Source of the DNA: an uncultured Methylophilaceae bacterium
GTDB lineage: Bacteria > Pseudomonadota > Gammaproteobacteria > Burkholderiales > Methylophilaceae
Length of the DNA stretch: 64,000 bases
NCBI GenBank assembly: GCA_963977845.1
Contig: CAXBPZ010000001.1
Coordinates: 45,028 to 109,027 of the forward strand
Reading direction: 5' to 3'
Positions 10,153 to 21,159 of this stretch are shown in pieces. Position 1 is the first letter of the stretch. Each line of letters opens with the position of its first letter. Under the pieces are notes generated by a model. That model was not told where the DNA came from. It saw only the letters and a program-made list of their open reading frames with translations, and searched no databases. The position numbers were made by a program, and so were the translations under genes.

Positions 10153-11103
10153 GTGTTGCAATCAAAAAGAACAATTGCAATTTTTGGCGCTTCTGGCTTT
10201 TTAGGCTCTAGTATTGTTTTAGCCCTTAATCAATCTAATTACCGCCTTAAATTATTTTCACGAAACAAAGAAAAAATTAAATTTTGGACAGTGAATCCAA
10301 ATATCCAAATATTTAACTTAAACCTTGATGATCTCACGCAAATAAAAAAAGATTTAAAAAATACAGATGCTGTTATTAACCTTTTAGGGATTCTTCATCA
10401 GTCAAAAAAAGATTCTTTTGATAAGATTCATCATCTTTGGCCAAGTTACTTAGCTAAAATTCTTAAAGACATGGGGATTAAAAGGCTTATACATATTAGC
10501 GCCTTGGGCGCAGGTGCTAAAACATCTAGTTTATATCTCAGATCAAAGGCTCTTGGTGAGACAGCATTACTTAAACAAAAAGATTTAAATTTAACTGTAT
10601 TAAAACCCTCTATTATTTTTGGACCAAAAGATAGTTTTATAAATATGTTTAGGATGCTTGTGAAGTGGCTTCCTATCATTGTTCTAATATCCCCTCAATC
10701 CAAATTTCAACCGATTTATATTGAAGATGTTTCAAAAATGATTATTAAATGTCTTTGGGATAAAAAAACTTATGGGAAAGTTTACGAACTAGGTGGTCCG
10801 CAAGTTTATTCGCTTAAAGAAATTATTAGATTAATTATTAAGTCGGAAAAAATACAACGATTCATTATTCCACTTAATAAACCTCTTTCATTTATGTTTG
10901 CATTTAGTATGGAAATGTTGCCAATAAAAATACTGACTCGAGATAACTGGAGATCAATGCAAACTGATAATATTGTAAGTCCTCAGTATAAAGCCCCTTA
11001 TCAATACTCTCTTCAGCGATTAGAGCGTTATCTAGAAAATAAAAAAAGTAGAGCACCAATGCGGGCTAAATATAATTTTTACAGAAGTAAATCTGGCCGA
11101 TAA
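10153..11103 (+). CDS. Complex I NDUFA9-family atypical SDR (NAD-dependent epimerase family)
   Basis: GASGFLG Rossmann motif, HISALGA, YLRSKALGE, LKPSIIFG, FQPIYIEDV. Confidence 0.85.
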   Translation: MLQSKRTIAIFGASGFLGSSIVLALNQSNYRLKLFSRNKEKIKFWTVNPNIQIFNLNLDDLTQIKKDLKNTDAVINLLGILHQSKKDSFDKIHHLWPSYLAKILKDMGIKRLIHISALGAGAKTSSLYLRSKALGETALLKQKDLNLTVLKPSIIFGPKDSFINMFRMLVKWLPIIVLISPQSKFQPIYIEDVSKMIIKCLWDKKTYGKVYELGGPQVYSLKEIIRLIIKSEKIQRFIIPLNKPLSFMFAFSMEMLPIKILTRDNWRSMQTDNIVSPQYKAPYQYSLQRLERYLENKKSRAPMRAKYNFYRSKSGR

Positions 11104-12228
11104 ATGAAAATATACCTTGTAGGTGGTGCTGTGCGGGACCAGATCATGGGCTTATCAGTTAAAGATAAAGACTATGTGGTTGTAGGATCCACTTTTAAAG
11201 AAATGGTCAAATTAGGTTATAAGCCTATAGGTAAAGATTTTCCAGTTTTTTTACACCCCAAAACACATAATGAATACGCGCTAGCAAGAACAGAACGCAA
11301 AGTTTCGAGAGGATATAAAGGGTTTAGAATCTACGCTTCAAAAGAAGTAACTTTAGAGGAAGATCTTAAGCGTAGGGATCTCACAATTAATGCTATTGCA
11401 AAGGATGCAAGAGGTCAGTTTATTGATCCCTTTCATGGTATTAAGGATATAAAAAATAAAGTTTTACGTCATGTGAGTTCTGCTTTTGTGGAAGACCCTA
11501 TTCGTGTATTGCGTATAGCTCGATTTTCTGCCCGATTTCATCAGTTTAAAATACACCCCAAAACAGAATCGATTCTCAAGCAGATTGTAAGAAATAAAGA
11601 AATAGAAGCTGTGGCATCAGAGAGAATTTGGCACGAATTATTCGTTGGTTTTTCTGAAAAAAAATCATATCTAATGATTGAAGTTCTTCATAAATGTGGG
11701 GCGCTTAAATTATTACTTCCGGAAATGAATTATATAAAGCACAAACATTCTATAAAAAAGAGTTTTGAATATGCACTCAAATCAAAATATTCCCCTGAAA
11801 TTAAAGCAGCTTTATTCTTTATGTATCTCTACCCTTTAAGACTTAATGGTAGCCTTGAGGAAGAAATTTATACAAGACTATCTGTACCGAATGCAGTAAA
11901 AAAATTAACTCAAAAGACAATTTCAAATTTATCGGATTTAAAAGAATTTAAGAAACTTAAATCTCGCCAAATTTTAGATTTGATTTACAAAATGGATTTA
12001 TTTAGAAATCCAGATACTTTTTCAGATATGATGAAAATCTTTGAGGCTTTTATTAGCAGCCAGCCAGCCCAATTAAAAACAGCCCAAACAACTCTGAAAT
12101 CCTTAAAGAAGTATCTAAAACATCTTAATAAATTAAATCTTGCTTTAATTAGTCAGAATAAGCATGGTTTAGATATTAAAGATGCGATTTATGAGGCACG
12201 CTTGGAAGTATTAAAAAAACTTATCTAG
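11104..12228 (+). CDS. cca: CCA-adding tRNA nucleotidyltransferase, short form
   Basis: VGGAVRD, DKDYVV, EYALARTERK, EEDLKRRDLTINA, EDPIRVLR. No HD motif seen. Confidence 0.92.
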   Translation: MKIYLVGGAVRDQIMGLSVKDKDYVVVGSTFKEMVKLGYKPIGKDFPVFLHPKTHNEYALARTERKVSRGYKGFRIYASKEVTLEEDLKRRDLTINAIAKDARGQFIDPFHGIKDIKNKVLRHVSSAFVEDPIRVLRIARFSARFHQFKIHPKTESILKQIVRNKEIEAVASERIWHELFVGFSEKKSYLMIEVLHKCGALKLLLPEMNYIKHKHSIKKSFEYALKSKYSPEIKAALFFMYLYPLRLNGSLEEEIYTRLSVPNAVKKLTQKTISNLSDLKEFKKLKSRQILDLIYKMDLFRNPDTFSDMMKIFEAFISSQPAQLKTAQTTLKSLKKYLKHLNKLNLALISQNKHGLDIKDAIYEARLEVLKKLI

Positions 12229-12233
12229 CAGCT

Positions 12234-12851
12234 CTATCTCAACTGAGTAATTTTTGTAATGCGCTTGCCTACAAAAATTGTTTTTTTATTTTGCTTGGAT
12301 ACTAGAATTGTTTTCATACCAATTTTGTAAGCAGTTTTTAAATTAGCAAGATCATCTTCCACCATGACACATTGATGTGCTTTTTTCCCAAGTCGCCTTA
12401 AGATTTTCATGAATGCAAAGATTGATGGCTTAGGATTATATCGAGTTGACTCTATACTATAGACTGCAGAAAAATATTTTTGAATATTGAGTGATTTAAT
12501 AATTGCAATTGCATAGTGAAGCGGGGCATTTGTAAAAATAATTTTTTGCCCTTTAATTTTTTTTAAAGTATTTTTCAGGCTATGGGATTGTTTTACAAAT
12601 TTTGATAGCTCTTCTGCATCGTGTGTGTTAAGTAAAAATTCTTTTGGGTCAACACGGTGATTTTCCATCAAACCTTTTAAAGTTGCGCCATAAACTTTCC
12701 AATATTGATCGCGAAGTTCATGCGCATCTTGATGGCTAATTTTAAGTTTCTGCTCGACATAGGCAGTCATCGATTGATTAATACATGGAAAAATTTTTGA
12801 GCTTGCGTCGTGAAGTGTATCGTCTAAATCAAAAATCCAAATTTTAGACAA
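12234..12851 (-). CDS. HAD-family pyrimidine 5'-nucleotidase
   Basis: FDLDDTL HAD motif I, FTNAP, PKPS, MVEDDLANL; abuts argB. Confidence 0.85.
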   Translation of the reverse strand: MSKIWIFDLDDTLHDASSKIFPCINQSMTAYVEQKLKISHQDAHELRDQYWKVYGATLKGLMENHRVDPKEFLLNTHDAEELSKFVKQSHSLKNTLKKIKGQKIIFTNAPLHYAIAIIKSLNIQKYFSAVYSIESTRYNPKPSIFAFMKILRRLGKKAHQCVMVEDDLANLKTAYKIGMKTILVSKQNKKTIFVGKRITKITQLR

Positions 12852-13754
<903 letters not shown>

Positions 13755-13762
13755 TTAAGATT

Positions 13763-15316
13763 TTAAAGCTTTTTAATAAAAAATTTTGAATTTCTTTCTG
13801 GTAGGTAAGACTCTAATCTTTTTTTAGGAAGTTTTTGAATACTTTCTTCCTTAAAACCTTTTTCGATAAACCAGTGTTCAGTTCTTGTTGTAAGCGCAAA
13901 TAAATATTTATAACTTTTCTCTCGGGCCATTTCTTCACAATAGCTATAAAGTTTTGAACCAAACCCTTTTGATTGGTAGTTTTTGTTAATTGCGAAGCAT
14001 GCAAATTCAACATGATCGTTATATGGGTATAAAGCAGCACAACCGATAATTTTTTTGTCATGTTCAATGACAAAAAAATTCTCAATATCATGATCAATTC
14101 GCTCTTTACCTCTTTTAATGAGATAACCCCCTGCCTCTAATGGATTGATGAGTTTGTGAATACCTTTAACATCATTATGATTCGCCTGTCTAATTGTATC
14201 GAGAGCTTTTTCTGTAATTACAGTACCAACACCTTCATCTGTAAATAACTCCTGAAGAATAGCACCATCTATATGCCGATTAATTAAATGAATTTTATGA
14301 ATACCTGCTTCGGAAGCTTTGATAGCAATTTCCAGAAGATCGAGTTCGTTCGAATTAATGTTGATAAGATCATTTTTTTTTGGATTATTTTTTGCGATAC
14401 TTTTATAGAGGTTGACAGCTTTTTCTAAAGTCATTTCGTGAAGTAACTCATTTCTTAAATTAAAAATACCATCAGAATCTATAAGAAGAATCAGTTTATC
14501 TGCTTCAAGTGCGATTGATGTTTTGAGTGCAACATCTTCCATTGTGAGATTAAACACCTCCCCTGTCGGTGAATATCCAATAGGAGATATGACAACTAAT
14601 TCTTTGTTATCTAATTTTTTCTTAATCGCGGCACTATCAATTTTTCTTACTTCACCGGTATGTTGCATGTCAACGCCATCGATGACACCCAAAGGTTTCG
14701 CCGTAATAAAGTTTCCGCTAGAAACTTTAATGTCGCTTCCTGCCATCGGTGAGTTTAAAAGACTTGAAGAAAGTGTGGATTCAATATTAATTTTAATGAG
14801 ACCATTGGCTTCTTTAACAGCCTCCATGGCCAAATCATCAGTCACACGAACGTTTTGCACAAGCTGGGTTGAGATTTTTTTTTCTTTAAGTTTTTGATCG
14901 ATTTGAGGTCTCGCGCCATGGACAAGCACAATTTTGACGTTTAAACAGGTTAATAAATTGATGTCGTGAGAGAGTGCGGTAAATTGATCTTCATCGAGAA
15001 GCTCCCCTCCAAAAGCAATGACAAATGTTTTATTGCTAAATGTGTTGATATAGGGGGCTGCTAACCTAAACCATTTTGCAAATGTTTGGCTATCTAATTT
15101 TTGAATGGGGTTAGGGGAAGTCTTATTTTGAAAAAGACTAGATGGGGTGCAATTAAGCACTTCACATATTTTGAGTAATTGTGCTTCACTGACGTTCTGG
15201 GCACCTCTTTCTATTCTAGAGAGATTGCCAGGATCGCTTGCAATTTTTTCTGCTAATACTTGAAGGGTGAGCCCTAAAGACTTCCTTCTTTTTCTGATTG
15301 ATTCGCCAAGTGACAT
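13763..15316 (-). CDS. argA: XRE-family HTH fused to amino-acid N-acetyltransferase (N-acetylglutamate synthase)
   Basis: aa 1-62 are an HTH_3-like domain (IRKRRKSLGLTLQVLAEKI...NLSRIERG). From about aa 79 it is ArgA: FRLAAPYI, AAK domain, ELFTDEGVGT, GNAT with QSKGFG, LTTRTEHWF, RNSK. Confidence 0.93.
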   Translation of the reverse strand: MSLGESIRKRRKSLGLTLQVLAEKIASDPGNLSRIERGAQNVSEAQLLKICEVLNCTPSSLFQNKTSPNPIQKLDSQTFAKWFRLAAPYINTFSNKTFVIAFGGELLDEDQFTALSHDINLLTCLNVKIVLVHGARPQIDQKLKEKKISTQLVQNVRVTDDLAMEAVKEANGLIKINIESTLSSSLLNSPMAGSDIKVSSGNFITAKPLGVIDGVDMQHTGEVRKIDSAAIKKKLDNKELVVISPIGYSPTGEVFNLTMEDVALKTSIALEADKLILLIDSDGIFNLRNELLHEMTLEKAVNLYKSIAKNNPKKNDLININSNELDLLEIAIKASEAGIHKIHLINRHIDGAILQELFTDEGVGTVITEKALDTIRQANHNDVKGIHKLINPLEAGGYLIKRGKERIDHDIENFFVIEHDKKIIGCAALYPYNDHVEFACFAINKNYQSKGFGSKLYSYCEEMAREKSYKYLFALTTRTEHWFIEKGFKEESIQKLPKKRLESYLPERNSKFFIKKL

Positions 15317-15333
15317 AAGGTAATAATTTGCTT

Positions 15334-15358
15334 AAAATACATATTTTACATGTATTTT
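15334..15358. promoter_or_regulatory. Perfect inverted repeat AAAATACAT-N7-ATGTATTTT, candidate operator upstream of HTH-argA
   Basis: 9-bp arms at 15334-15342 and 15350-15358, 17 bp from the argA start. The spacer reads GTAAAAT on the minus strand and contains a TAAAAT -10-like hexamer. Confidence 0.5.
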
Positions 15359-15385
15359 TTACATTAATACTATAATTTTTGCGTT

Positions 15386-16126
15386 TTATGCAAAATCACC
15401 CCATAAATTTTGCAAAATAGACAGAGCTACAATAGGTGCTGTTTCCGTTCTTAATATTCTTTGGCCAAAATTGATTGGGATAAAAGCATGATTTATAGCT
15501 AGGGCCATTTCTTTTTCTGAAAAGCCGCCTTCAGGCCCCACCAGAAATACAATCGAATTAGATAGCTTATCTAAGTGGTTTATATTTTGTGCCTTAGATG
15601 GCGTGAGAATTAATTTTAAGTTATCTGTTTTAAGGTTTTCTTCGCTTAACCATTGGTTGAAATGAATGGGACTTAAGATGACTGGAATAGTGGCTCGCCC
15701 AGTTTGTTCACAAGCAGATATTGCAATAGTTTTCCAATGTTCCAGTTTTTTATCTGCTCTTTCCCGATCTAATTTAATGATAGATCTTTCCGTCAATAGG
15801 GGTTGGACAGTATGAACGCCAAGTTCAACAGCTTTTTGAATAATCCAATCCATTTTGTCCCCTGCTGCAAGACTTTGAGCTAATGTAATCTTTAAAAGGG
15901 ATTCGTGATTGACTTCATATTGATTGATAATTTCAACGAATGTTTTATGCTTCGATACTTCTGTCACTTGTGCGACATAATCAAAACCATCTCCATTAAA
16001 AAGAGCAAATTGATCGCCCACTTTTAATCTTAAAACTTTTGTGGCGTGAATATGAGTTTGTGCACCTAGCTCAACAACTTGTTTGAGCTCTAGGTTTTCA
16101 GGGTGGTAAAATCGATTTTCTTCCAT
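15386..16126 (-). CDS. rsmE: 16S rRNA m3U1498 methyltransferase
   Basis: HATKVLRL, IIQKAVELGV, EQTGR, VGPEGGFS, GQRILRTETA motifs. Confidence 0.95.
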   Translation of the reverse strand: MEENRFYHPENLELKQVVELGAQTHIHATKVLRLKVGDQFALFNGDGFDYVAQVTEVSKHKTFVEIINQYEVNHESLLKITLAQSLAAGDKMDWIIQKAVELGVHTVQPLLTERSIIKLDRERADKKLEHWKTIAISACEQTGRATIPVILSPIHFNQWLSEENLKTDNLKLILTPSKAQNINHLDKLSNSIVFLVGPEGGFSEKEMALAINHAFIPINFGQRILRTETAPIVALSILQNLWGDFA

Positions 16127-16169
16127 AGGAAATTCTATGTAATAGGTAAGCTATATTAAGGCATAAAAC

Positions 16170-16724
16170 ATGGTTAGTTTAAATACTCCACTTTGCGATT
16201 TTGGTTGGAAAGCTATTGATTTTAATTTAGAAGGGGTCGATGGGACCTTCTGGACCCTTGAAAAATCAAAAGGAGTGAATGGTTTACTTGTAATGTTTAT
16301 ATGCAATCACTGTCCATACGTGAAAGCGATATTACCCAGATTAATCAGAGATATTTGCGCTTTAAAAGATTATGGTATCAAGACGATTGCCATTCAGAGT
16401 AATGACCCTTCAAATTATCCTGAAGACTCATTTGAAAATATGAGGCACATTGCTGATCAATTTCATTTTTCTTTTCCCTACGTGATTGATAAAACACAGG
16501 AGACAGCAAGAGCATACAACGCGATTTGCACGCCTGATTTTTTTGGATTTAACCGTAATTTAGAGTTGCAATATCGTGGGCGTTTCGATGCAACAGGTCG
16601 AGGGGAGCCTCCACCAGATAATTCGCGTGATCTATATGAGGCTATGAAACTTATTGCTGAAACGCAAAAGGGACCTGTCGAACAAAAATCAAGTATTGGT
16701 TGCTCCATTAAATGGCGAGAATGA
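16170..16724 (+). CDS. Thioredoxin-fold (AhpC/TSA-like) protein
   Basis: MFICNHCPYV CxxC, AICTPDFF, YRGRFD, C-terminal SIGCSIKW. Confidence 0.85.
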   Translation: MVSLNTPLCDFGWKAIDFNLEGVDGTFWTLEKSKGVNGLLVMFICNHCPYVKAILPRLIRDICALKDYGIKTIAIQSNDPSNYPEDSFENMRHIADQFHFSFPYVIDKTQETARAYNAICTPDFFGFNRNLELQYRGRFDATGRGEPPPDNSRDLYEAMKLIAETQKGPVEQKSSIGCSIKWRE

Positions 16725-16891
16725 AAAGTATTTAGAGTAAATAATCAAGCCACAAAAAGACCCTATTCGCCTTGCTGAAAAGGGCTATTTAAGCAATAAT
16801 TTAGGTAAAAATAACATCATTTTTTAACTTTACATTTAGTACGCAAATATTTAAAAAATATTTGTAATGCTGTCAATTTCGGGAGGCAATA

Positions 16892-18883
16892 ATGGCAACA
16901 CGTCAAGATTTAGCTAACGCAATTCGAGCGTTATCAATGGATGCAGTTCAGAAAGCAAACTCAGGACACCCAGGCGCACCTATGGGTATGGCTGAAATTG
17001 CTGAGGTTTTATGGAATCATCATTTACAACATAACCCCTCTAATCCAAATTGGGCTAATCGTGATCGATTTATTCTCTCGAATGGTCATGGATCCATGTT
17101 GATTTATTCATTGCTTCATCTTACAGGTTACGACTTGCCGATGGATGAAATTAAAACTTTCCGTCAACTTCATTCAAAATGTGCAGGCCACCCCGAATAT
17201 GGTTATGCACCTGGTGTTGAGACAACTACAGGACCTTTAGGTCAGGGTATTAGCAATGCGGTAGGTTTTGCAATGGCTGAAAAATTACTCGCTAATCAAT
17301 TTAATAAACCTAACCATAAAATCGTAGATCACCACACATATGTATTTCTAGGTGACGGTTGTATGATGGAAGGTGTATCCCATGAAGCCTGTGCTCTTGC
17401 AGGGACATGGGGCCTTGGTAATTTAATTGCTTTCTGGGATGACAACGGTATTTCTATCGATGGGCATATCGAAGGTTGGTATACAGATGACACAGCAAAA
17501 CGTTTTGAGTCATATGGCTGGCATGTAATTGCAAATGTCGATGGTCATGATTTTGAAGCTGTTAATAAAGCAGTTGAAGCCGCGAAGAAAGTCACAGACA
17601 AGCCATCGTTAATTTGCTGTAAAACTATCATTGGTAAAGGCTCCCCAAATAAATCTGGATCGCATGATTGTCATGGATCAGCATTAGGTGATGCCGAAGT
17701 TGCTGCTACAAGAGAAGCAATTGGTTGGAAGCATGATCCATTTGTGATTCCTGAAGATGTTTATGCAGGATGGAGTGCTAAAGATAAAGGTGCAAAAGCC
17801 GAAGCAGCATGGAATGATAAATTCGCAGCTTACGAAAAAGAATTTCCTGATTTAGCAGCTGAATTTAAACGACGCATGAAAGGTGATCTTCCAAAAAACT
17901 GGAAATCATCGACAGATGCGATGATTAAATCAGTCAATGAAAAAGCCGAAGTATTAGCTACACGTAAAGCTTCGCAAAATGCAATTGCAGCGCTTGCACC
18001 AATTTTGCCAGAGTTTGTAGGTGGTTCAGCAGACTTGACCGGATCCAATTTAACAAGCTGCTCATCATTCCAACACGTTAGCGGCAAAACACCAGGCAAT
18101 TACATTTCTTATGGTGTTCGTGAATTTGGTATGGCAGCGATTATGAACGGCATGGCACTTCATGGAGGCGTTCTTCCATTCGGTGGCACATTCCATATGT
18201 TCTCGGATTACATGAAGAACGGTATGAGAATGGCAGCGCTTATGAAACAAAGAGTCATCTATGTGTTAACACATGACTCAATTGGTCAAGGTGAAGATGG
18301 CCCAACACATCAACCTATCGAAACTACCGCAGGGCTCCGTTATATTCCAAGAATGGACGTATGGAGACCGGCAGACTCGACTGAAACTGCAGTAGCATGG
18401 GTCGTTGCTGTGGAAAGTATTCATAATCCAACGAGCTTGGTTTTAAGTCGACAAAATACTTCATTTACAAAAAGAACTGATGCGCAAATGGACTTAATTC
18501 GCAAAGGTGCTTATGTATTAGCAGAAGCAGAGGGCGGTAAGGCAGATGTCATTCTTATTGCAACCGGATCAGAAGTGGATCTTGCATTGAAATCACAAGC
18601 TGCATTAAAAGAGCAAAACATTAAAGCGCGTGTAGTTTCTATGCCATCAACTAATGTGTTTGATCGACAAGACCAAGCATATAAAGATAGTGTATTAACC
18701 AAAGGCGTTAAACGCGTATCAATTGAAGCGGGTGTAACTGATTTCTGGAGAAAATATATTGGTCTAGATGGGGCCGCAGTAGGTATTGATACATTCGGAG
18801 AATCAGCACCTGGTGGCGCGTTATTTAAACACTTTGGATTTACCGTTGAAAATGTGGTTTCAACTGTTAAATCAATTCTGTAA
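16892..18883 (+). CDS. tkt: Transketolase
   Basis: [17 protein letters not shown] ThDP motif, [16 protein letters not shown]; GGAGG RBS. Confidence 0.98.
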   Translation: MATRQDLANAIRALSMDAVQKANSGHPGAPMGMAEIAEVLWNHHLQHNPSNPNWANRDRFILSNGHGSMLIYSLLHLTGYDLPMDEIKTFRQLHSKCAGHPEYGYAPGVETTTGPLGQGISNAVGFAMAEKLLANQFNKPNHKIVDHHTYVFLGDGCMMEGVSHEACALAGTWGLGNLIAFWDDNGISIDGHIEGWYTDDTAKRFESYGWHVIANVDGHDFEAVNKAVEAAKKVTDKPSLICCKTIIGKGSPNKSGSHDCHGSALGDAEVAATREAIGWKHDPFVIPEDVYAGWSAKDKGAKAEAAWNDKFAAYEKEFPDLAAEFKRRMKGDLPKNWKSSTDAMIKSVNEKAEVLATRKASQNAIAALAPILPEFVGGSADLTGSNLTSCSSFQHVSGKTPGNYISYGVREFGMAAIMNGMALHGGVLPFGGTFHMFSDYMKNGMRMAALMKQRVIYVLTHDSIGQGEDGPTHQPIETTAGLRYIPRMDVWRPADSTETAVAWVVAVESIHNPTSLVLSRQNTSFTKRTDAQMDLIRKGAYVLAEAEGGKADVILIATGSEVDLALKSQAALKEQNIKARVVSMPSTNVFDRQDQAYKDSVLTKGVKRVSIEAGVTDFWRKYIGLDGAAVGIDTFGESAPGGALFKHFGFTVENVVSTVKSIL

Positions 18884-18901
18884 TCATTATTGAGAAAGTT
18901 G

Positions 18902-18937
18902 AATAAGGCATCTCAAATTTGAGATGCCTTATTTTTT
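18902..18937 (+). terminator. Perfect 32-bp palindrome followed by a T run between tkt and gap
   Basis: AATAAGGCATCTCAAA/TTTGAGATGCCTTATT at 18902-18933, then TTTT. Confidence 0.7.
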
Positions 18938-18952
18938 ACCAAGGAAATTTTT

Positions 18953-19972
18953 ATGCCAATCAATGTAGCAATCACAGGATTTGGAAGAATAGGCCGTTTA
19001 ATTTTAAGAGCGATTTATGAATTAAATCGTAAAGATATTAAAGTGGTTGCTATTAATTCAAGTCGTGGCGATGCAGCCTCTAATGCGCATTTATTAAAAT
19101 ATGATAGTGCACATGGCAAATTTGCTGCCGACATTAAAACGAATGATCATGAAATAATTATTAATGGTGATGTGATTAAATTTTTCACTACAAGAAATCC
19201 AGAAGAGTTGCCTTGGGATAAATTAAATGTAGATGTTGTTATGGAATGTACGGGCGCTTTTACGAGCAAAGAAAAATCCATCGTGCATGTGAATCAGGGT
19301 GCTAAGAAAGTATTGATTTCTGCACCTGGTGGTAAAGATGTAGATGCAACAATCGTGTATGGAGTCAATCATCAAATTTTGAAAGCAACTGATACAGTTA
19401 TTTCAAATGCTTCATGCACCACTAATGGTTTGGCTCCAATGGTTAAGCCCTTGCATGATAAGTTAGGGATTGTTACAGGCCTTATGACAACGATTCACTC
19501 ATATACAAACGACCAATATTTAAATGATAATCAACACAAAGATCTTAGAAGAGCTCGCTCTGCAACAACTTCAATGATTCCAACAAAAACAGGTGCAGCA
19601 GATGCTGTGGGTTTAGTCATCCCTGAACTAAAGGGTAAGTTAGATGGGATTGCTATTCGTGTTCCAACATTAAATGTTTCATTAGTTGAGCTGACTTTTA
19701 CGCCGAAGAAAGCGACAACCAAAGATGAGGTGAACCGTATTATGAGAGAGGCGGCTGATCAAGGAAGTTTAAAGGGCATATTAATTTACAACGACGAACC
19801 ATTGGTATCAGTTGATTTCAACCACACCGAAGCTTCTTCATATTTTGATGCTAATTTAACTAAAGTGAGTGAGGATGGTTTGCTGGTGAAAGTTTTTGGT
19901 TGGTATGACAATGAATGGGGTTTTAGCTGTCGAATGATTGATACTGCTATCGCCATGATGTCAGCAAAATAA
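18953..19972 (+). CDS. gap: Type I glyceraldehyde-3-phosphate dehydrogenase, possibly NADP-preferring
   Basis: GFGRIGR, catalytic [24 protein letters not shown] motifs. Confidence 0.95.
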   Translation: MPINVAITGFGRIGRLILRAIYELNRKDIKVVAINSSRGDAASNAHLLKYDSAHGKFAADIKTNDHEIIINGDVIKFFTTRNPEELPWDKLNVDVVMECTGAFTSKEKSIVHVNQGAKKVLISAPGGKDVDATIVYGVNHQILKATDTVISNASCTTNGLAPMVKPLHDKLGIVTGLMTTIHSYTNDQYLNDNQHKDLRRARSATTSMIPTKTGAADAVGLVIPELKGKLDGIAIRVPTLNVSLVELTFTPKKATTKDEVNRIMREAADQGSLKGILIYNDEPLVSVDFNHTEASSYFDANLTKVSEDGLLVKVFGWYDNEWGFSCRMIDTAIAMMSAK

Positions 19973-19983
19973 ATAGTTCTTTA

Positions 19984-21159
19984 ATGAAAATTAAAAGACT
20001 TGTTGATTTAGATCTTAAAGGTAAAAGAGTTTTTATTCGCTCAGATCTAAATGTCCCTATCCAAAATGGAAAAATTACCTCCCCAAAAAGAATTTTAGCT
20101 TCTATTCCCACGATAGAATTTGCTCTTCAAAAAGGCGCAAGCGTGATGGTGACATCCCACTTAGGCAGACCCGAAGAAGGGAAATATAATAGCGATGATT
20201 CACTTAAGCCCGTAGTCGATTTCTTAGAAAAGCATCTCAGCTATCCAGTTCATCTTATTTCAGATTGGGTTAATTCTTCTTTTGATATTGGCCCAGGTCA
20301 ATTAACAGTTTTAGAAAATTGTAGATTTAATGTGGGTGAGAAAAAAAATGATGAGCTGTTAGCAAAAAAATACGCTTCATTGACAGATATTTTTGTGATG
20401 GATGCATTTGGAACAGCTCATCGTAAAGAGGCTTCTACATACGGTATTGCAGAATATGCAGAGATTGCCTGCGCAGGTATTTTATTTGTAGCCGAACTTG
20501 AAGCGCTTGAGAAAGCATTATTAGAGCCTTCTAGACCTATGATTGCCATTGTAGGTGGTAGTAAAGTCTCTTCAAAATTAAGTATATTGGATACTTTATC
20601 TGACAGAGTAGATCAGCTTATCGTGGGTGGCGGTATTGCAAATACTTTTATCAAAGCCATGGGGTTTGAGGTCGGTAGCTCCATGTATGAAGAGGATCTT
20701 GTTCCTGCAGCTAAAAAAATAATTGATAAATTAGAAAAGCGTGGCGCTTCACTGCCAGTTATTTCAGATGTTGTTTGTGGTAAAAAGTTTGATGTCAATG
20801 AGGTTGCTATTACAAAAAATATTAATGACGTTCATAAAGATGACATGATATTTGATTTAGGTAAAAATTCAGTCAATGAAATTGTAAAATGTATTGATAA
20901 TGCTAAAACCATTATTTGGAATGGGCCTGTTGGGGTGTTTGAATTTGATCAGTTTGCAAAGGGCACTGAGACGATGTCATATGCGATTGCGAATTCTAAA
21001 GCATTCTCGCTTGCAGGTGGTGGGGATACGATTGCTGCAATAGAAAAATTTAATGTTGCAAAAGATATTTCATATATTTCTACTGCAGGCGGTGCATTTT
21101 TAGAGTTTGCAGAAGGTAAAAAACTTCCTGCTATTGAAATTTTAGAAAGAAGATTTTAA
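19984..21159 (+). CDS. pgk: Phosphoglycerate kinase
   Basis: [40 protein letters not shown] motifs. Confidence 0.97.
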   Translation: MKIKRLVDLDLKGKRVFIRSDLNVPIQNGKITSPKRILASIPTIEFALQKGASVMVTSHLGRPEEGKYNSDDSLKPVVDFLEKHLSYPVHLISDWVNSSFDIGPGQLTVLENCRFNVGEKKNDELLAKKYASLTDIFVMDAFGTAHRKEASTYGIAEYAEIACAGILFVAELEALEKALLEPSRPMIAIVGGSKVSSKLSILDTLSDRVDQLIVGGGIANTFIKAMGFEVGSSMYEEDLVPAAKKIIDKLEKRGASLPVISDVVCGKKFDVNEVAITKNINDVHKDDMIFDLGKNSVNEIVKCIDNAKTIIWNGPVGVFEFDQFAKGTETMSYAIANSKAFSLAGGGDTIAAIEKFNVAKDISYISTAGGAFLEFAEGKKLPAIEILERRF

